Source: Octopus vulgaris
Taxonomy: Eukaryota
Length of the DNA: 64,000 nt
Assembly (NCBI GenBank): GCA_951406725.2
Contig: OX597814.1
Coordinates: forward strand, 224,688,001-224,752,000
Direction: 5' to 3'
The position numbers and the translations under genes are program-made. Shown here one piece after another: positions 13,371-26,905 of the stretch. Every line of letters starts with the position of its first letter. Position 1 is the stretch's first letter. The notes beneath the pieces were generated by a model. It was not told the origin of the DNA. It did not search any database and worked only from the letters and a program-made list of their open reading frames with translations.

Positions 13371-14002
13371 AATTATTTCACATTTTCACAAAAACAAAGA
13401 AAAAAATCCTTTTATCCAATTAAAATAGAATAAATTTTTCTAAATCTATGCTCTCTTCAGACCTTTGCCAACCATTAAATGACACAAAACTAAAAAAATC
13501 ACTGATTGCTGGTGAAATGATTTCATTAGATTCGCAATAAAAAATTAATTTCAGATGAACAGATTCTAGCATTTAATTTGTTAACGAAAGGTGAAAGTTC
13601 CATAAGACTTTTGTTTGATTTAATTGATTCTTTTCAACTAAGTACAAGACTAAATTTTATTGGGCAGAGATATGGTTGATTGAATTGACCCTAATGTATT
13701 ATCGATACTTTGCTTTTATTAACTTTGGTGGGATGAAAGGCAATCTTGAAATGGTTTGTACTTGGAACATAAATAGATGAAATTGAAATTGCGTGAAGCT
13801 GTGTGAAATACCTCTGGCCAAATACTCTTCTCTATCATGTTGATGCTTTGATGCTGGTGATCTTTTCTATTGATTTGTTCATGAATGGATTTCTTGTTCT
13901 TTCCCCTCAACCCTGTACATGTGCTACACTTCCTTTAAACAGCATCTTACATCCATCCAATTTTCTATGCTTGCATGACTTGGATGATATTTGTTGAAAA
14001 AT

Positions 14003-14236
14003 AGGCGGCGAGCTGGCAGAAATGTTAGCACGCCGGGCGAAATGCGTAGCCGTATTTTGTGTCTGCCGTTACGTTCTGAGTTCGAATTCTGCCGAGGTCA
14101 ACTTTGCCTTTCATCCTTTCGGGGTCGATTAAATAAGTACCAGTTACGCACTGGGGTCGATATAATCGACTTAATCCGTTTGTCTGTCCTTGTTTGTCCT
14201 CTCTGTGTTTAACCCCTTGTGGGTAGTAAAGAAATA
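14003..14236 (+). mobile_element. SINE family C (tRNA-like head; central gtc.actttgcctttcatcctttcggggtcgat domain); also 40852-41059(+), 47755-47925(+), 56705-56936(-), 5735-5898(-) and older fragments
   Basis: GAGTTCGAATTC B-box-like element; multiple homologous copies; central domain recalls Meta/Sauria-type SINE domains (from memory, unverified). Confidence 0.8.
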
Positions 14237-14929
14237 TATATTTGTTGAAAAAATGATTTTCCTGCTGGATACGCTTTGTTACCCAGTAACCATTCTACTA
14301 TGGTGTAGGAGTGGACTCTGTTACCAGTTAGCCAAATTGGTGCAAGCCAAGATGTGTTCCTTGTACAAGAATGCTATAGTTGTAATATGATTTTATCTAG
14401 GCCCAAGTGTTAAGTATATATAAATCTCAATGCCATTTTACCTCATGTCTCACTTCTATTGCATAATAGGGTACTTTAAATACACAACATTATAGACTGC
14501 TTTACAAATTCTTCAGATCAAAGAGGATGCACATAAGACAAAATTTCATGTTTAAATGCAGATAATTTGTGACTTAGATTCTTTGTAATTATATATAAAA
14601 AAAAATCTTTGTTATTGTTTTGAAACACAGTCTAGCAGTTGAGACTTGAAACAAACTTCGTCTGACTGTTCAGTTAACATTTGCAATTCAATACGAGTGA
14701 CCTTTTAAGCAGATCTCTAAATTCATTTTGGTAAGCAAGATATAGTTGTTAATAGCAAAATCTAGGTGGACACATTGTAGATTTCAAGTTCAAGGGATAT
14801 CTTCTCTAACTGCTACTTTCTAGGAAAATACAGCTTTAGCTTACAGAGCTTCCAAACCCTTTAATGTGATCTTAGCAAAGCACTTGCTAACAAAGAAGCT
14901 TGTATGAAGTCAATTAACCTGCTTTTGGT

Positions 14930-15330
14930 TACTCTTACTCTTTTACTTGTTTCAGTCATTTGACTGCGGCCATGCTGGAGCACCGCCTTTAGTCGATCAA
15001 ATCGACCCCGGGACTTATTCTTTTGTAAGCCCAGTACTTATTCTATCGGTCGCTTTTTGCCGAACCGCTGAGTGACGGGGACGTAAACACACCAGCATCG
15101 GTTGTCAAGCAATGCTGGGGGAACAAACACAGAGACACAAACACACAAATATATATATACATATATACGACGGGCTTCTTTCAGTTTCCGTCTACCAAAT
15201 CCACTCACAAGGCATTGGTCGGCCCGGGGCTATAGCAGAAGACACTTGCCCATGATGCCACGCAGTGGGACTGAACCCGCAACCATATGGTTGGTTAGCA
15301 AGCTACTTACCACACAGCCACTCCTGCGCC
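14930..15330 (-). mobile_element. SINE A
   Basis: Homology. Confidence 0.9.
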
Positions 15331-16859
15331 TGCTTGCTCATTTTCTCTCAGAAACTCCCTACTGTTTTAAATGGAGTTACTCTGCATTGCCAAATATATA
15401 GTCACCATTTTTTACTTTTATTTTGTTACAAAAAGTTATGTTGTGATTTTGCATGTGTGTAGATAAGTGGAATGTTTTTTAAGCTTCTGTGTAGTGTAAA
15501 TCTTCCAAGACTGTGTTTATTGTTAATTTTAATTTCATGACTTTATAAAAGTACTCTCCTCCCCTCTTTTTTTAAAAAAAATTTGTTGCAATTCCAAATT
15601 GTTAAGTACCATATAAAACAGAATCAATTTTAACAGAAAAGTATTTTGCATGGCATGAGCTCTTAGGTAGACAAAATTTTTTGTTCAGCATTTGGTGTTT
15701 TGATAAAAGGTGGAAATTGAAAGAATGGTTTGATGTCTGTATGCAAAGAACAAAATTTGGTCCGTTAAATATGTAGGAACTGGGGAGGGGGGGTTATTTC
15801 TGTTAAACTTTAGTCATTTATAACAAATATTTATTGGTAATGGTTTGTTGGGAAATGATATTAAGAAAGAAATCCTATATATGATGAAGTTTTGAAACCA
15901 TAAAAATCTTAAGACTTTATATATTATTGTTTCCAGCTTAGGCACAAAGTTAGCAATTTCAAATGGAGGGGAATACTCCTTCCTATGAAATTACATATTA
16001 TATATATCAATTATATCAAAATGTAATTATGTATATATATATATTAACCCTTGTATTAAACTTGTGCTTTATTTTATCGACCTGGTGATGATGAAAGGCC
16101 AAGTTACCCTCAGCTGGAGTTGAACTTAGAACTTACAACTGGGAAAATACTGCAATTCTTTCTAGTTCTTACAACTTTGCCAACCTACTACTGTTTATAT
16201 GATGACATCTATCAATAGTTGATGTTGGTGTAGGGACAATCAGTTAACCTCAAAGGTACATCACTATATGTGTGTGTGTGATTGTGTCACTGGTGGAACT
16301 TGCACACAAAGAAATGTACAAATATTGCTCAGGGATATGGAGAAATTTCAACTCAAGATTTTCCCTTTATGCATTATTCTGGAATGAATTTTCGTTTGTG
16401 TAGATGTGGGTGTGTGGTTAAGAACTTTGCTTTGTAACCATTTGGTTCCAGATAAATTCCTACTGCATGGCACCTTTGGCAAGTGTCTTTTATAGTTCCA
16501 AGTTGAACAAATTTTGTGAATGGATTTGGTAGACAGCTCATCATACATATGTTCCTTTCTCTGAATTGATATTGATCTACAGTCGTTTGCTTCCATAACT
16601 CATTAGCATTCAGATTACTCTGTCAAATGTAATATTTATTCACATCATTTTGAATTAATCAGGTTTTGTCTTGTAGCTTTGCAGTTTCAATAATGTGCTC
16701 ACATTATTGGTTTATTTTTGGTATGAGATTGTGGGGTAGATGTGAGAAGCCAGATTTCGTCAATTTGAACATAGAACTGGTAGAATATTTGGGTCTGATA
16801 TGGCTGTTTTGAAAGCTAAAGGGTTAAAGCAAACCATATATGGTAACCTGTCAAATACA

Positions 16860-17050
16860 TTAACCCTTTTGTTACTGTATTTATTTTGAGATGTTCTGTG
16901 TTTCTTTTAATTACTTTAAATATGACAAAGAATTTAGTAAAATAACTTAGTATTATCATTCAGCTAGTGTTAGGAACAAATTGTGACTAAGGTTTGGTGG
17001 AAGAGTTTAATTCAATACTTATGAAAACAAGACATTTGTACTCAGAGCCA
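16860..17050. mobile_element. Second TTAA-CCCT MITE family (also 42835-42987 and ~45540-45720)
   Basis: TTAACCCTTTTGTTAC terminus and shared body aagaatttagtaaaataa. Confidence 0.55.
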
Positions 17051-17111
17051 GACACACACTTACACACTAATAAAAAGGTTGGCTTATGAGCAATTAGAAT
17101 CTAACGACAAA

Positions 17112-17330
17112 ATTAATAGAGGTCACAAAAGTGACGGGGGGGGGGGGGTGCTGGCCAGCACCATTTATGCTAAAATAAGAGTTAAATTAACTCCAAAGCC
17201 ACAAATCACAACTCAATGATTGACAATGGGAGGTAAAGCCCCTATTATATGAAGCAGAATTGTGATTTTGAATCTTGTTGACACCTTAATTCTAACCGGC
17301 GGCTTTTAATGCCCAGGGTTAAACTCAACT
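17112..17330. repeat. Unclassified family F with twin terminal hairpins (other copies 34759-34971 inverted, 34590-34720 partial)
   Basis: GTCAC-AAAA-GTGAC and GGTGCT-GGCC-AGCACC hairpins retained in both full copies. Confidence 0.7.
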
Positions 17331-17351
17331 TCCTTTATAAATCATATAAGA

Positions 17352-17389
<38 letters not shown>

Positions 17390-17849
17390 ATATATATATG
17401 TTGAGGCAAGTGAAATCGAAATCAAACTCTGTGACGGCATCCGTTGCTAGTGGAGCGCTAAGAGTACCATACGAGTGAGATCGTTCCCGGAGCAACAAGC
17501 TGGCCTCCATGCCAATGGCATGTTAAGAACAGCATTTGAGCGTGATCGTTACCTGCATCGCCTTACAAGCACGTGAAAAAAAAACATTTGAGCGATGTCG
17601 TTGCCAGTGTCGCTGGACTGGCTCCTGTGCAGGTGGCACATAAAAAGCACCATTTGACCGTGGCCATTGTCAGTACCACCAAACTGGCCCTCGTGCCAGT
17701 GGCGCATAAAAGCACCCACTACACTCTCAGAGTGGTTGTCGTTAGGAAGGGCATCCAGCTGTAGAAACTCTGCCAGATCAGATTGGAGTCTGGTGCAGCC
17801 ATCTGGTTCACCAGACCTCAGTCAAATCATCCAACCCATGCCAGCATGA

Positions 17850-17897
<48 letters not shown>

Positions 17898-17899
<2 letters not shown>

Positions 17900-18075
17900 G
17901 GAAAGTTTACGAAAATAAACAAAAGACGAAGGCAGGTGGAATACAAACAAACAAATTTATTAGTATAGCGCTCAGGAATAGAAAAGGTCTTTTATGTTTC
18001 GAGCCTATGCTCTTCGACGGAAAGATACACAGAAAAAAACAAGGAGAGAAAAAATGTGTGAAGGAGCTAACGATC
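17898..18075 (-). mobile_element. Family H: short (TA)n-adjacent element with a hammerhead-like motif (Penelope-like end)
   Basis: Homologous copies at 28420-28590(+), 28635-28822(-), 60961-61140(-) and 61279-61372(-, partial); all abut (TA)n. Confidence 0.6.
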
Positions 18076-19166
18076 TATGATGATAGTGTATGTGTGTGTG
18101 AATGTACATATATATTTATGTGTATATTTTATATACATGTGAAATTGGTGATGGAATGTTGGTGATAAGTTTTCAGATCTTTGCTGTGCCTGGTTCTGGA
18201 AATTACAGATTTTGTATCTGCATTGTAGATTGCACAAGCTTTCTAAACTAAGCAGCATATTGTGTTGTCTATCAAATTGCTTTGTATTTTGTTTCTGTGT
18301 GGTTTGTGACAAATGTAGTCAAACGATGTCAATGATACTTATGATGGCATCTGTAATAGCTTTGAGTGTTATAGCTGCCACATGTCCTTTGTGTAAGACT
18401 CTGTTATTATTGACTACAGAGGCTTGAATCCGTGTTTTGGAATTGAAATGGTAATGAGTTGCTAATATCATAAATGAACATCTCATTGGTTGGGATTGAC
18501 TTTACCGTTTTTCCTTATGGGGTTGATGTTGCCTTTCATTCAATAAAATAGACATCAGTTGAGGGGTCGATGTAATAGGCTTATACCCACACCCCTGAAA
18601 TTGATGGCCCTGTGCCAAAATTTGAAGCCAATATAATAAACAAGCATTTGTTTTCCTAAGAATTTTGAAGATAAATACTAGAATGTGAAATGTTAGTAAG
18701 ATAGAATTTTGTCTGATTTCCAGATTCTGGGAACTTTGCACTTTTGGTATAATTAAAGGAAGATATTGTTGTGTGTGTTAATTTCTTAATTCCCTAAATG
18801 TCATATGGGTGGTTTTGAGTTTGTGGGTCTCTCTTTTGCTTTTCTGATGGAAGTTGCATATCTTGCATGGCTGTGTGTGTGTGTGTCTCTCTCTACCCTT
18901 GTCAATAAGCTGAGACGGATGTCGGAAAATGACATGAGCATGAGATTTAGTGTTTTAATCATGTGATTATTCACACAACATAACCAAGCCTCTTGTATAA
19001 CATGGCAAAGTAAATTATATAAGTAAAAATTCAAATATTATTTAAACTTGACAGGAGAATTATCAAGGGAGCCATTCTGTTTATTTTAGACTCTCTTTCT
19101 CATCCCTACTTTATTTTTTTCTTCTGTCACTCTTCCTTCATTGGAACGGGTACACTGGTTTATTAA

Positions 19167-19560
19167 TCTTTATATATAAAAGTGAGGTTGTGTGCTGTCT
19201 GTCTCCTACGATTTAGATTCCTAACTACTCCCACATTTTGCGGTGCAGTGTAACCAAAACCGGGTATCTTACAGTCGTGATTCATATCGAGCCCTTCTGG
19301 GTATTAGCGCGTCTATGATGAGTCTACGATTTAAAAAAAAATTTATCATCAATTTTTCCCATTTTTAATGCATTTTTGGCATATATAAGGGAAGTAACTC
19401 TCTAAAATTTTTTTATTAAATCTCAGAACGTAAAAAGCTACAGTAACACCCTACCTTTGTGGTTAGTCATATTGAGATGGCTATTATACTTTACATCTCT
19501 AAAAATGCTTATATAGTTATTTCCCTTACAAACCCGAGCAACGCCGAGCAATACTGCTAG
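19167..19560 (+). mobile_element. Non-autonomous Helitron
   Basis: A|TC start (TCTTTATATATAAAAG..CTGTCTGTCT), subterminal GC-rich imperfect hairpin, CTAG|T end, no TSD. Confidence 0.8.
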
Positions 19561-20144
19561 TTGTAACTAAAAATAAGTAGAGACTGAAAATTTTCATATA
19601 GATATTATTACATCATTTGTACACATTATATATGTATGTATATATGTGTGTTTATATATAAAGCTTAAAATGTAATTTGATAAGAATATTTCATATAACA
19701 GAAACCAAGAAGTAAATTGATTTTTGTTTGGATCCTAATACCAAATATTTTGTTTACTCTAAATCTTATAAACTTCACACCAATTTGAATGTAGCCAGAA
19801 AATAATTCAATAACATAGCCAGAACCATATACATTTATTTGTATTTATCTTTATCAAACTCGTTTATTTTTAAAGTTTGCTTTTTTTAAAAATATTTTCA
19901 GCCATTTTCTTTAACTCATTTTTGTTAATTTGGTTGTAAATCACGTTTGGACACATTGTACAGAATATAAATATCTAAAACCATTCTGCTGAAGCTGGGA
20001 AAGTAAAATACATATCTATTTAAAAAGAAATTGGAATTAATTTATTTGGTGATTTATTTATTTATTTATTTATTTGTGATTATCTAGTTTCTTTGAATTT
20101 GCACTAAAAATCACCACAGCCTAAGGCACATGTATGGCTATATG

Positions 20145-20532
20145 GTTAAGAAGTTTGATTCACAGTCACATAGTCTTGGGTTCAGTCCCACTGGGTGACA
20201 CCTTGAGCAAATGTCTTTTTCTATAGCCTCGGGCCAACCAAAGCCTTGTGAGTGGATTTGGTAGATGGAAACTGAAAGAAACCTGTCATGTACATATGCA
20301 TATATGTTTGTGCCCTTGTCTTTGAACTTGTTAATTGTAAACAAATGTCAACATCACAAAAGCAGTCTGTTAGCAGTTTTCCATGAAAACAGGTCCAGAC
20401 TAGGGAAAATATCATCTTGCTTGGAAACAGATGGGAGTTGGTAAGAGAAAGGGCATCTGGCCATTAGAAAACCTGCCTCAACAGATCTGACACCTGCAAG
20501 CATGGGACAAATAGATGGGAAAACTATGATGA
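20145..20532 (+). mobile_element. SINE A2: A-type head with an RTE-type (family B-like) tail; also ~12050-12410, 23470-23775(-), 39680-39965(-), 49690-50025, 51330-51590(-)
   Basis: Head matches SINE A up to gaaactgaaagaa; tail ..cttggaaacag..aagggcatc.ggcc.tagaaaa..gcaagcatgg..gatgatga. Confidence 0.7.
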
Positions 20533-21249
20533 CTATGTTTGAATTAATTAATTAGATATATGTAACGAATTGTAAAACTTCAACATGTTGAAGTATATTT
20601 AAATGTTCCAGCAAATGTTGTCTTAGTGTGAATGACATGAGAGGACTAAGTTGTCAACAAATTGATACAGATGATGAAAAGATTGGTTTCATAATTACTA
20701 ATGTTCGTCGTTACTTTCTGTGTAGGTCTAAAAAAAATATAATTTAATTTACATAGGTTTAGGTTAATTTACTTTTTAATGATAATTAACAAGTGTTAAA
20801 AATTCTCTTTACACTAAAACACAGCATTAATGCTAATTGTGTTCATGTAGCGAATGTTAAACTACATTTCTTTATAAAATAAAAGTGGGTTAGGTTAGTT
20901 CCCAATTAACTATTAATTTTCCATGCAGAAGGCATGCCTAGCTGTACTCATTCATTCTAAGGCCTAACGAGTATAAGAATACTATAAGAAAGTATAAGAA
21001 TATGCTCTGCTGAGCAGATGTGATGAGACTGAAACATGTCCAGAGTTGTCTCTGTGTCTCCCAGAGATCAACCTCTCTACACACTGCACGTCTCTCTTTC
21101 TCATTCAGTTTTTAATCACTTTAAGTTTCAGGGTTATCTCCCTTACCATTCTGAGCAAAAATTATCATTGACCCTAAACATTTTTTTTCTTTTCATGATG
21201 GATGTATTCATTGTTGATTAAACTTAGTTTTTTTTATTCATTACATCAA

Positions 21250-21620
21250 ATATAGTAGATGGCTCTTAACTACATGAGAAGGCCTTGCTGAGACGTTCCC
21301 AATTATTTCTATCTAAAACACATTGTTATTTCTGACAAAAGAAGGGCTTCATAGAAATACCCCCAACATATCAATTATCTAAGAGCTGGTGACAAGATAT
21401 GGTTGTCACTGTTATCAAAGCACCGATGAATTATTGAGTGACCTTCTTTTTTAGATTTAAAACCGTGGGAAATTGCATGTCAGATGACCTAGAATGACAT
21501 ACATTGATCAGTTCTTATAATGTTGAGTTAGAAATAGAAAATCTGAAAAACATTATGGAAGACAGGAACGCTTGAAAAGAAAGAATGGCTTGGATCGAGG
21601 CAACCTGCTTCAGATGATAA
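21250..21620 (+). mobile_element. Decayed RTE-like LINE 3' coding remnant
   Basis: YGCHCYQSTDELLSDLL..MTYID..LKNIMEDRNA resembles the C-terminus of the 44428 ORF. Confidence 0.5.
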
Positions 21621-22719
21621 GAAACGCACTGTTGAGCTGTAGATCAAATTGTCTGTTATGAAGAGGAATTTTTAGTGTTTTTCAAACTATCATCAATGCA
21701 TGAAGTAACTAAACAGCATTTCTATATAGTTTTAAAATATTATTTTATTTGCCGAGCAGCAGGTTTAAGTAGAAACTTGATAAGCAGTGGTAAATGGAAA
21801 GAGGCAGAGATTGAATTTACTTTTTCTAATTACATATACTGTTTGTTGAGAACTTGAAATATACTCAGACTTGTTTGACACCAAGGACTGTATATATTTC
21901 AAACATAAATATGCTTTGGTATTATAATTTTTTAAAGTTAGAATATAGAGAAATAATAAATTTCTGTGTTAGTAAATCTAAGATTAGTAGCTCTTAGCAT
22001 TCAGATTACTCTGTCAAATGTAATGCTTGATTCACATTGATTTGGATTAATCATGCATTATCTCATATTTTTGAAATTTCAAAGATGTGAGTGTTATTTT
22101 TAGAATAACATTGTAGGATGGGTGTGAGAGGCCGAATCTGGCCAGTCCAAACATATAGCAAAATATTTGGGCTAGATATTGCCAGTTTAAATGTAAAAGG
22201 TTTAAACATTTGAGTCAAAAATAGATTATGTGGCAGACTAATTATTTCTTATTCTATTCCTTGGAATTCTCCTGATATTTCTGAGAATAACTCTACTACT
22301 TGTACTAAATTGAATGAATCTCAAAAGCTCCAATATAGAAAATATATAATTCAGCATTTTACAGTTTCCATGCTTTAGTTTTTGAATATCAATTTTCATT
22401 TAGAAAGAACTGCCAAAATGGTTAAAAAATTTATTTGCAATCCTTGATTCCTGGGTTCAGTTTCTACTGTGTGGCATCTTAAGCAAGCATGTACCTTCTG
22501 CCATAGCATTGGGCTACCCCAAGCCCTGTCAGTGAAATTTGGTAGATGGAAATTTTGTGGAAGCCTGTTGGATAAATTGTACTTGTAAGATTTAAGTTAC
22601 ATGTGTCTGTGGAGTGTTCAGCCGCTTGCATATTAAATTCAATGAGCAGCAGATAAACCAGAAGATCAAAGAATTGAATATTCATCATGGAAACCCATAA
22701 AGATTGATTGTTATTTATA

Positions 22720-23130
22720 TTACTCTTTTACTTGTTTCAGTCATTTGACTGCGGCCATGCTGGAGCACCGCCTTTAGTCGAGCCACTCGACACCAGGACT
22801 TATTCTTTGTAAACCCAGTACTTATTCTATCGGTCTGTTTTGCCGAACCGCTAAGTGACGGGGACGTAAACACACCAGCATCGGTTGTCAAGCAATGCTA
22901 GGGGGACAAACACAGACACACAAACATATACACACAAACACAAACACGCATATATATACATACATATATACGACTGGCTTCTTTCAGTTTTCGTCTACCA
23001 AATCCACTCACAAGGCATTGGTCGGCCCGGGGCTATAGCAGAAGACACTTGTCCAAGATGCCACGCAGTGGGACTGAACCCGGAACCATGTGGTTGGTTA
23101 GCAAGCTACTTACCACACAGCCACTCCTGT
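22720..23130 (-). mobile_element. SINE A
   Basis: Homology. Confidence 0.9.
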
Positions 23131-23937
23131 GGCATATCATAAGAAAATGTAACAGTTATTCACAGGTTTTGATGGACTCATTCAGACTGCTGTTTGAAAG
23201 GTTCAAGTTTCAGCTCACAAGAAGTGAAAGAATGGGAATGGCTAACTACTGCACATGCAGACTTTTAAATGGGTGCTAAGAGTGGTGGGTGAGGGAGGCA
23301 AAGAGGGAGAAGGATAGCAGAATAATTGAGAGAGGAAGTTTATAATTTGTTGAGAAAGCTGACTTAAAGCAAAAGAGGGCACTAAGGTTTTGGTGTGCTG
23401 TGTCTATGTGGGTTTTTTTTTTAATTGGTCAGCAAAGATGTGCTGGCTATTACTGGAAGTAAAGTTAAAATCATCATCCTCATCGTCTTAACATCCACTC
23501 TTCTATGCTTGCATGGGTTGGATGGAGTTTATTGAACTAGATTTTATATGGTTGAATGCTCTTCTTAAACCCCAGCCCTCAATGTTTTCTAAGCAAAGTA
23601 ATATTTCCCTATCATTAGATAATTCCTCATGGAACTCTAGAAACGAACAACATTGTTTAGTATGACTATTAATGTTTGTTTAAAATCAGCACACAGCCTC
23701 AAGACTAGGGTACACACACACACACGATGGGCTTCTTTCAGTTTCTCTCTACCAAATCCACTCTCAAAGCTTTGTGTGTAAATAGTTGTCAATTTCTTTC
23801 AACTTTTGCTGGTTAAATTATCCTAAGTATATTGTATACCTTTATACTTTCAGATAGTTGCCCTTATAAGGAAACCTCTTCATCATGGGCCCTCTTTTGG
23901 TTATAATTGTAATTTTCTTGTTTGTTTATAATTTTAG

Positions 23938-24012
23938 GATGCTTTGCATGTGGTATGGAAAGTGGTTTCAGGGTTTACAACACTGACCCTTTAAAAGAGA
24001 AAGAAAGGCAAG
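23938..24012 (+). CDS. WDR45B: WDR45B coding exon 2: (G)[24 protein letters not shown]
   Basis: ttttag acceptor, G|gtaagt donor; 75 nt; peptide matches the WIPI3 N-terminal blade. Confidence 0.95.
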
Positions 24013-24259
24013 GTAAGTGTAACAGTTATGTTTGTTTTGACTGAAGCATTATTGCATTATTAAAATGTTCAGCATACGTACAATGAAGTGTGTTGCCTGT
24101 CATAGGTATGTGAGTAACTTTATAATAGAAGATGTCTTATGGTATGTTAATATCCACATAGGTACCAGTGTGAAACACTGGCATGGATTTAATTATATTG
24201 TTACACCATGTCCCTACACTCACACCATATTTTAAATGGTTTCACTGCTAAAATACCTT

Positions 24260-24308
<49 letters not shown>

Positions 24309-24549
24309 TATTTAGAGTTATATTCACTCAATATAATTTCAATGTTAATGCATTGGTTCCACATCATTTGCTCATTTGCAACTGTTAACAAATAGGAGGG
24401 ACTACAGCTGGGAGTTAGGTTACTTAGTCCAGCAACATCACCACCAACAACAGCAACAACCACCACCACAAATAATAGTTGAAGAAGGGGAAGTTTCTGT
24501 CAGAACAATCCAACTGTTCATTGAAACATAGAAAGCTTACAACAATGGC

Positions 24550-24825
24550 CACTGGTGGACGGGGTCTAGAAATATTGGTTGCCAGGAGACTAAGGGGTCC
24601 ACCCACAACTACAATGCTATCATTTAATTATTTATTATTTTTTTTGTTAAAAGTATTCTTTTCAACTGTCTACAAACACAGCCAGGCTGAAATAATTAAT
24701 GCATTTTTCCAGGAGTGAATAAAAAATTCTCAAACTTATGGGGATGGGCCCCATATATGGATTCTAATGGCATAGGGGCCCCACTTGCTATCAGGCAAAC
24801 TGGCAACCTGGCCAGTCCACCACTG
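24550..24825. mobile_element. hAT-type MITE
   Basis: TIR CA(G/C)TGGTGGAC; 8-bp TSD ACAATGGC/ACAGTGGC. Confidence 0.8.
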
Positions 24826-25483
24826 ACAGTGGCTGTATCTAAAGTTACAATTGATTAAGACTAGAAGCTTAATCTCTTCCTACCATCGATACTAGTTTTG
24901 TCATGTATATCAATGCCTTTTAGACATCTTAGCTGATGCTGCCAGATGTGCTATCATAAACAAAGACAACAAACCGAAAGAGGGAGCCACTATGTGGCAG
25001 TTCGGCCTGCTAGAAATAGCAGCCAAATCTTTTTCAAATCACATCTTCCTCTCTTAAAAATATTTTTGACAATGGCTCTGCTCTATCATGTTTATTCTAG
25101 GATTAAGCAATACCAATGTCTGCAAACATGACTGTTGTTCATTAAAATGAACCTCACACTAATCAGTGGCTTAAGTATTTATGCAGACTGGTTTCAAATA
25201 GCGTCTGATTAACTCCTGGCAGATAACAGAAGATGTAAGGCAAAGTAAATTCTAATACAAGGACGAGTACAAACTTAACATCAAAATTTTAAAATTACGA
25301 TTACATAAAAAATGCCAATGCTTTGCCAAAACTGTATTTGATCATCCTGCCACTCCACACCCTGAAAAATGTATATTTATGGGTGTGTGTTTAGAATAAT
25401 CTCAGGGTTTTGTTTATGCATTACAAATATTTTAACAATTGCATGTAACACTGCTAAGACATTTTCTTCTATCTTCAAATATT

Positions 25484-26619
25484 TCAGGTCATCCCATAAG
25501 TTCTGTCCGAATTTTGAATAAAGAAAACAAGTGATCAAATGTTATATTTAATTGAAATTTAGTCATCAATGTACTTTCCCTGATTATCTGTGACTTTCTT
25601 CCATCTATTTACAAGCTTTTTAATCCTATCGGTGGATTAAAACTCTTTTGGTTTCAAAGCGAAGAACTCTGAAATGTCAGTTTCGGCCTCCTCCTGGCTT
25701 GCGAAAGTTGTCCCTCCAATGATTCTGTAAACTACGAAACAAATGGTAGTCTGAAGGAACAAGTTTGGGAGAATAAGGTGGATGATGAATTTTTTCCCAA
25801 CCAAGCTCTTCGATCTTCTGCGCTGTCCTTTGTGCATTGTCCTGATGAAACATCACTCCTTTTCGATTCACTAAAGCGGATCTTTTCTTCAATGCTTGGT
25901 TCAAACACTCTAATGGCTGACAGTAGACTTGAGCATTGACTGTTGCATTAGGTGGTAACAATTCAAAGTGAATTACTCCTTTGCAATCCCACCAGATAGA
26001 GAGAGGAACCTTTTTTCCATGAAGTTGCCTTCTGGGTTGTGGTTGAGCTTTTTCCCTTTTACCAAACCACTGTTTACGACATTTAACATTTCGATAGAAG
26101 ATCCATTTTTCGTCACCAGTCACAAGTCGATCTAAAAAGGGTGAAATGAGTTTGCAAGAATAGAGAGAAGAGCAAATGTCAACTCGGGATTTGTGGTTAC
26201 TTTCGAACAATTCATGAGGCACCCATTTTCTAAGTTTAGGAACCTTTCCAAGTTGTTGAAGATGACGATGAACAGTTGTATGGTTTGAACTAAGCTTTAT
26301 TGCTAATTCTTCAACTGATAATGCAGGATTTTCTTCAAGTAATGCCTCAAGGAGTTTATCATCAAACTCAACTGGACATTCTATTCGATCTTCATCTTCA
26401 AGGTTGAAATCTCCACATCTGAATTTTGCAAACCGTCTTCTGCAAGTTCTTTCATTCAAGCATTTAACTCTATTATTCTGTAAAATAATATTTAATTAGT
26501 TTAAATGTACACAAATGCATAAAATTAATTTTAAATTCCATTAGACATTCTAAAATACTATTAAATTTCACTCAATTTTAAAAAAGGTAAAATTGGGCAG
26601 AATTTATGGGATGACCTGA
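25484..26619 (-). mobile_element. mariner (DD34D-type) transposon, decayed
   Basis: TIRs TCAGGTCATCCCATAA(G/A)TTCTG at both ends, TA on the right. ORF 25677..26459 has WVPHEL, VTGDEKW, FHQDNA and YSPKLVPSDYHLF motifs. N-terminal deletion, a frameshift near LQNH and a premature stop. Confidence 0.95.
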
Positions 26620-26803
26620 TAATTTCAATGTTTTAGATGTATCGCTTCTATTTTATATGAAATAAAAATTATCATTTTTCCAGTGTCGTTAAAGTAAAAG
26701 TAAGACTTTTTTGTATTTGATAATGTTCTCTAATGTTTTTAAAATTCCACTTTCTTAATGTCTTTTCATTTTTCTGTTTTTTTTTTCTTTTTTTTCTTTT
26801 TAG

Positions 26804-26905
26804 ACTTCAATGATGGTGGAATAGGTCACATAGAAATGCTGTTTCGTTGTAATTATCTTGCTCTAGTGGGTGGTGGAAAAAATCCCAAATATCCACCAAA
26901 CAAAG
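26804..26905 (+). CDS. WDR45B: WDR45B exon 3: [34 protein letters not shown]
   Basis: Long polypyrimidine tract + tag, G|gtaaa donor; inside ORF 26758..27051. Confidence 0.96.

Noticed and set aside
18130-18490. Possible Penelope ORF N-terminus next to a family H copy
   Set aside because: Contains stops and no diagnostic RT or GIY-YIG motif
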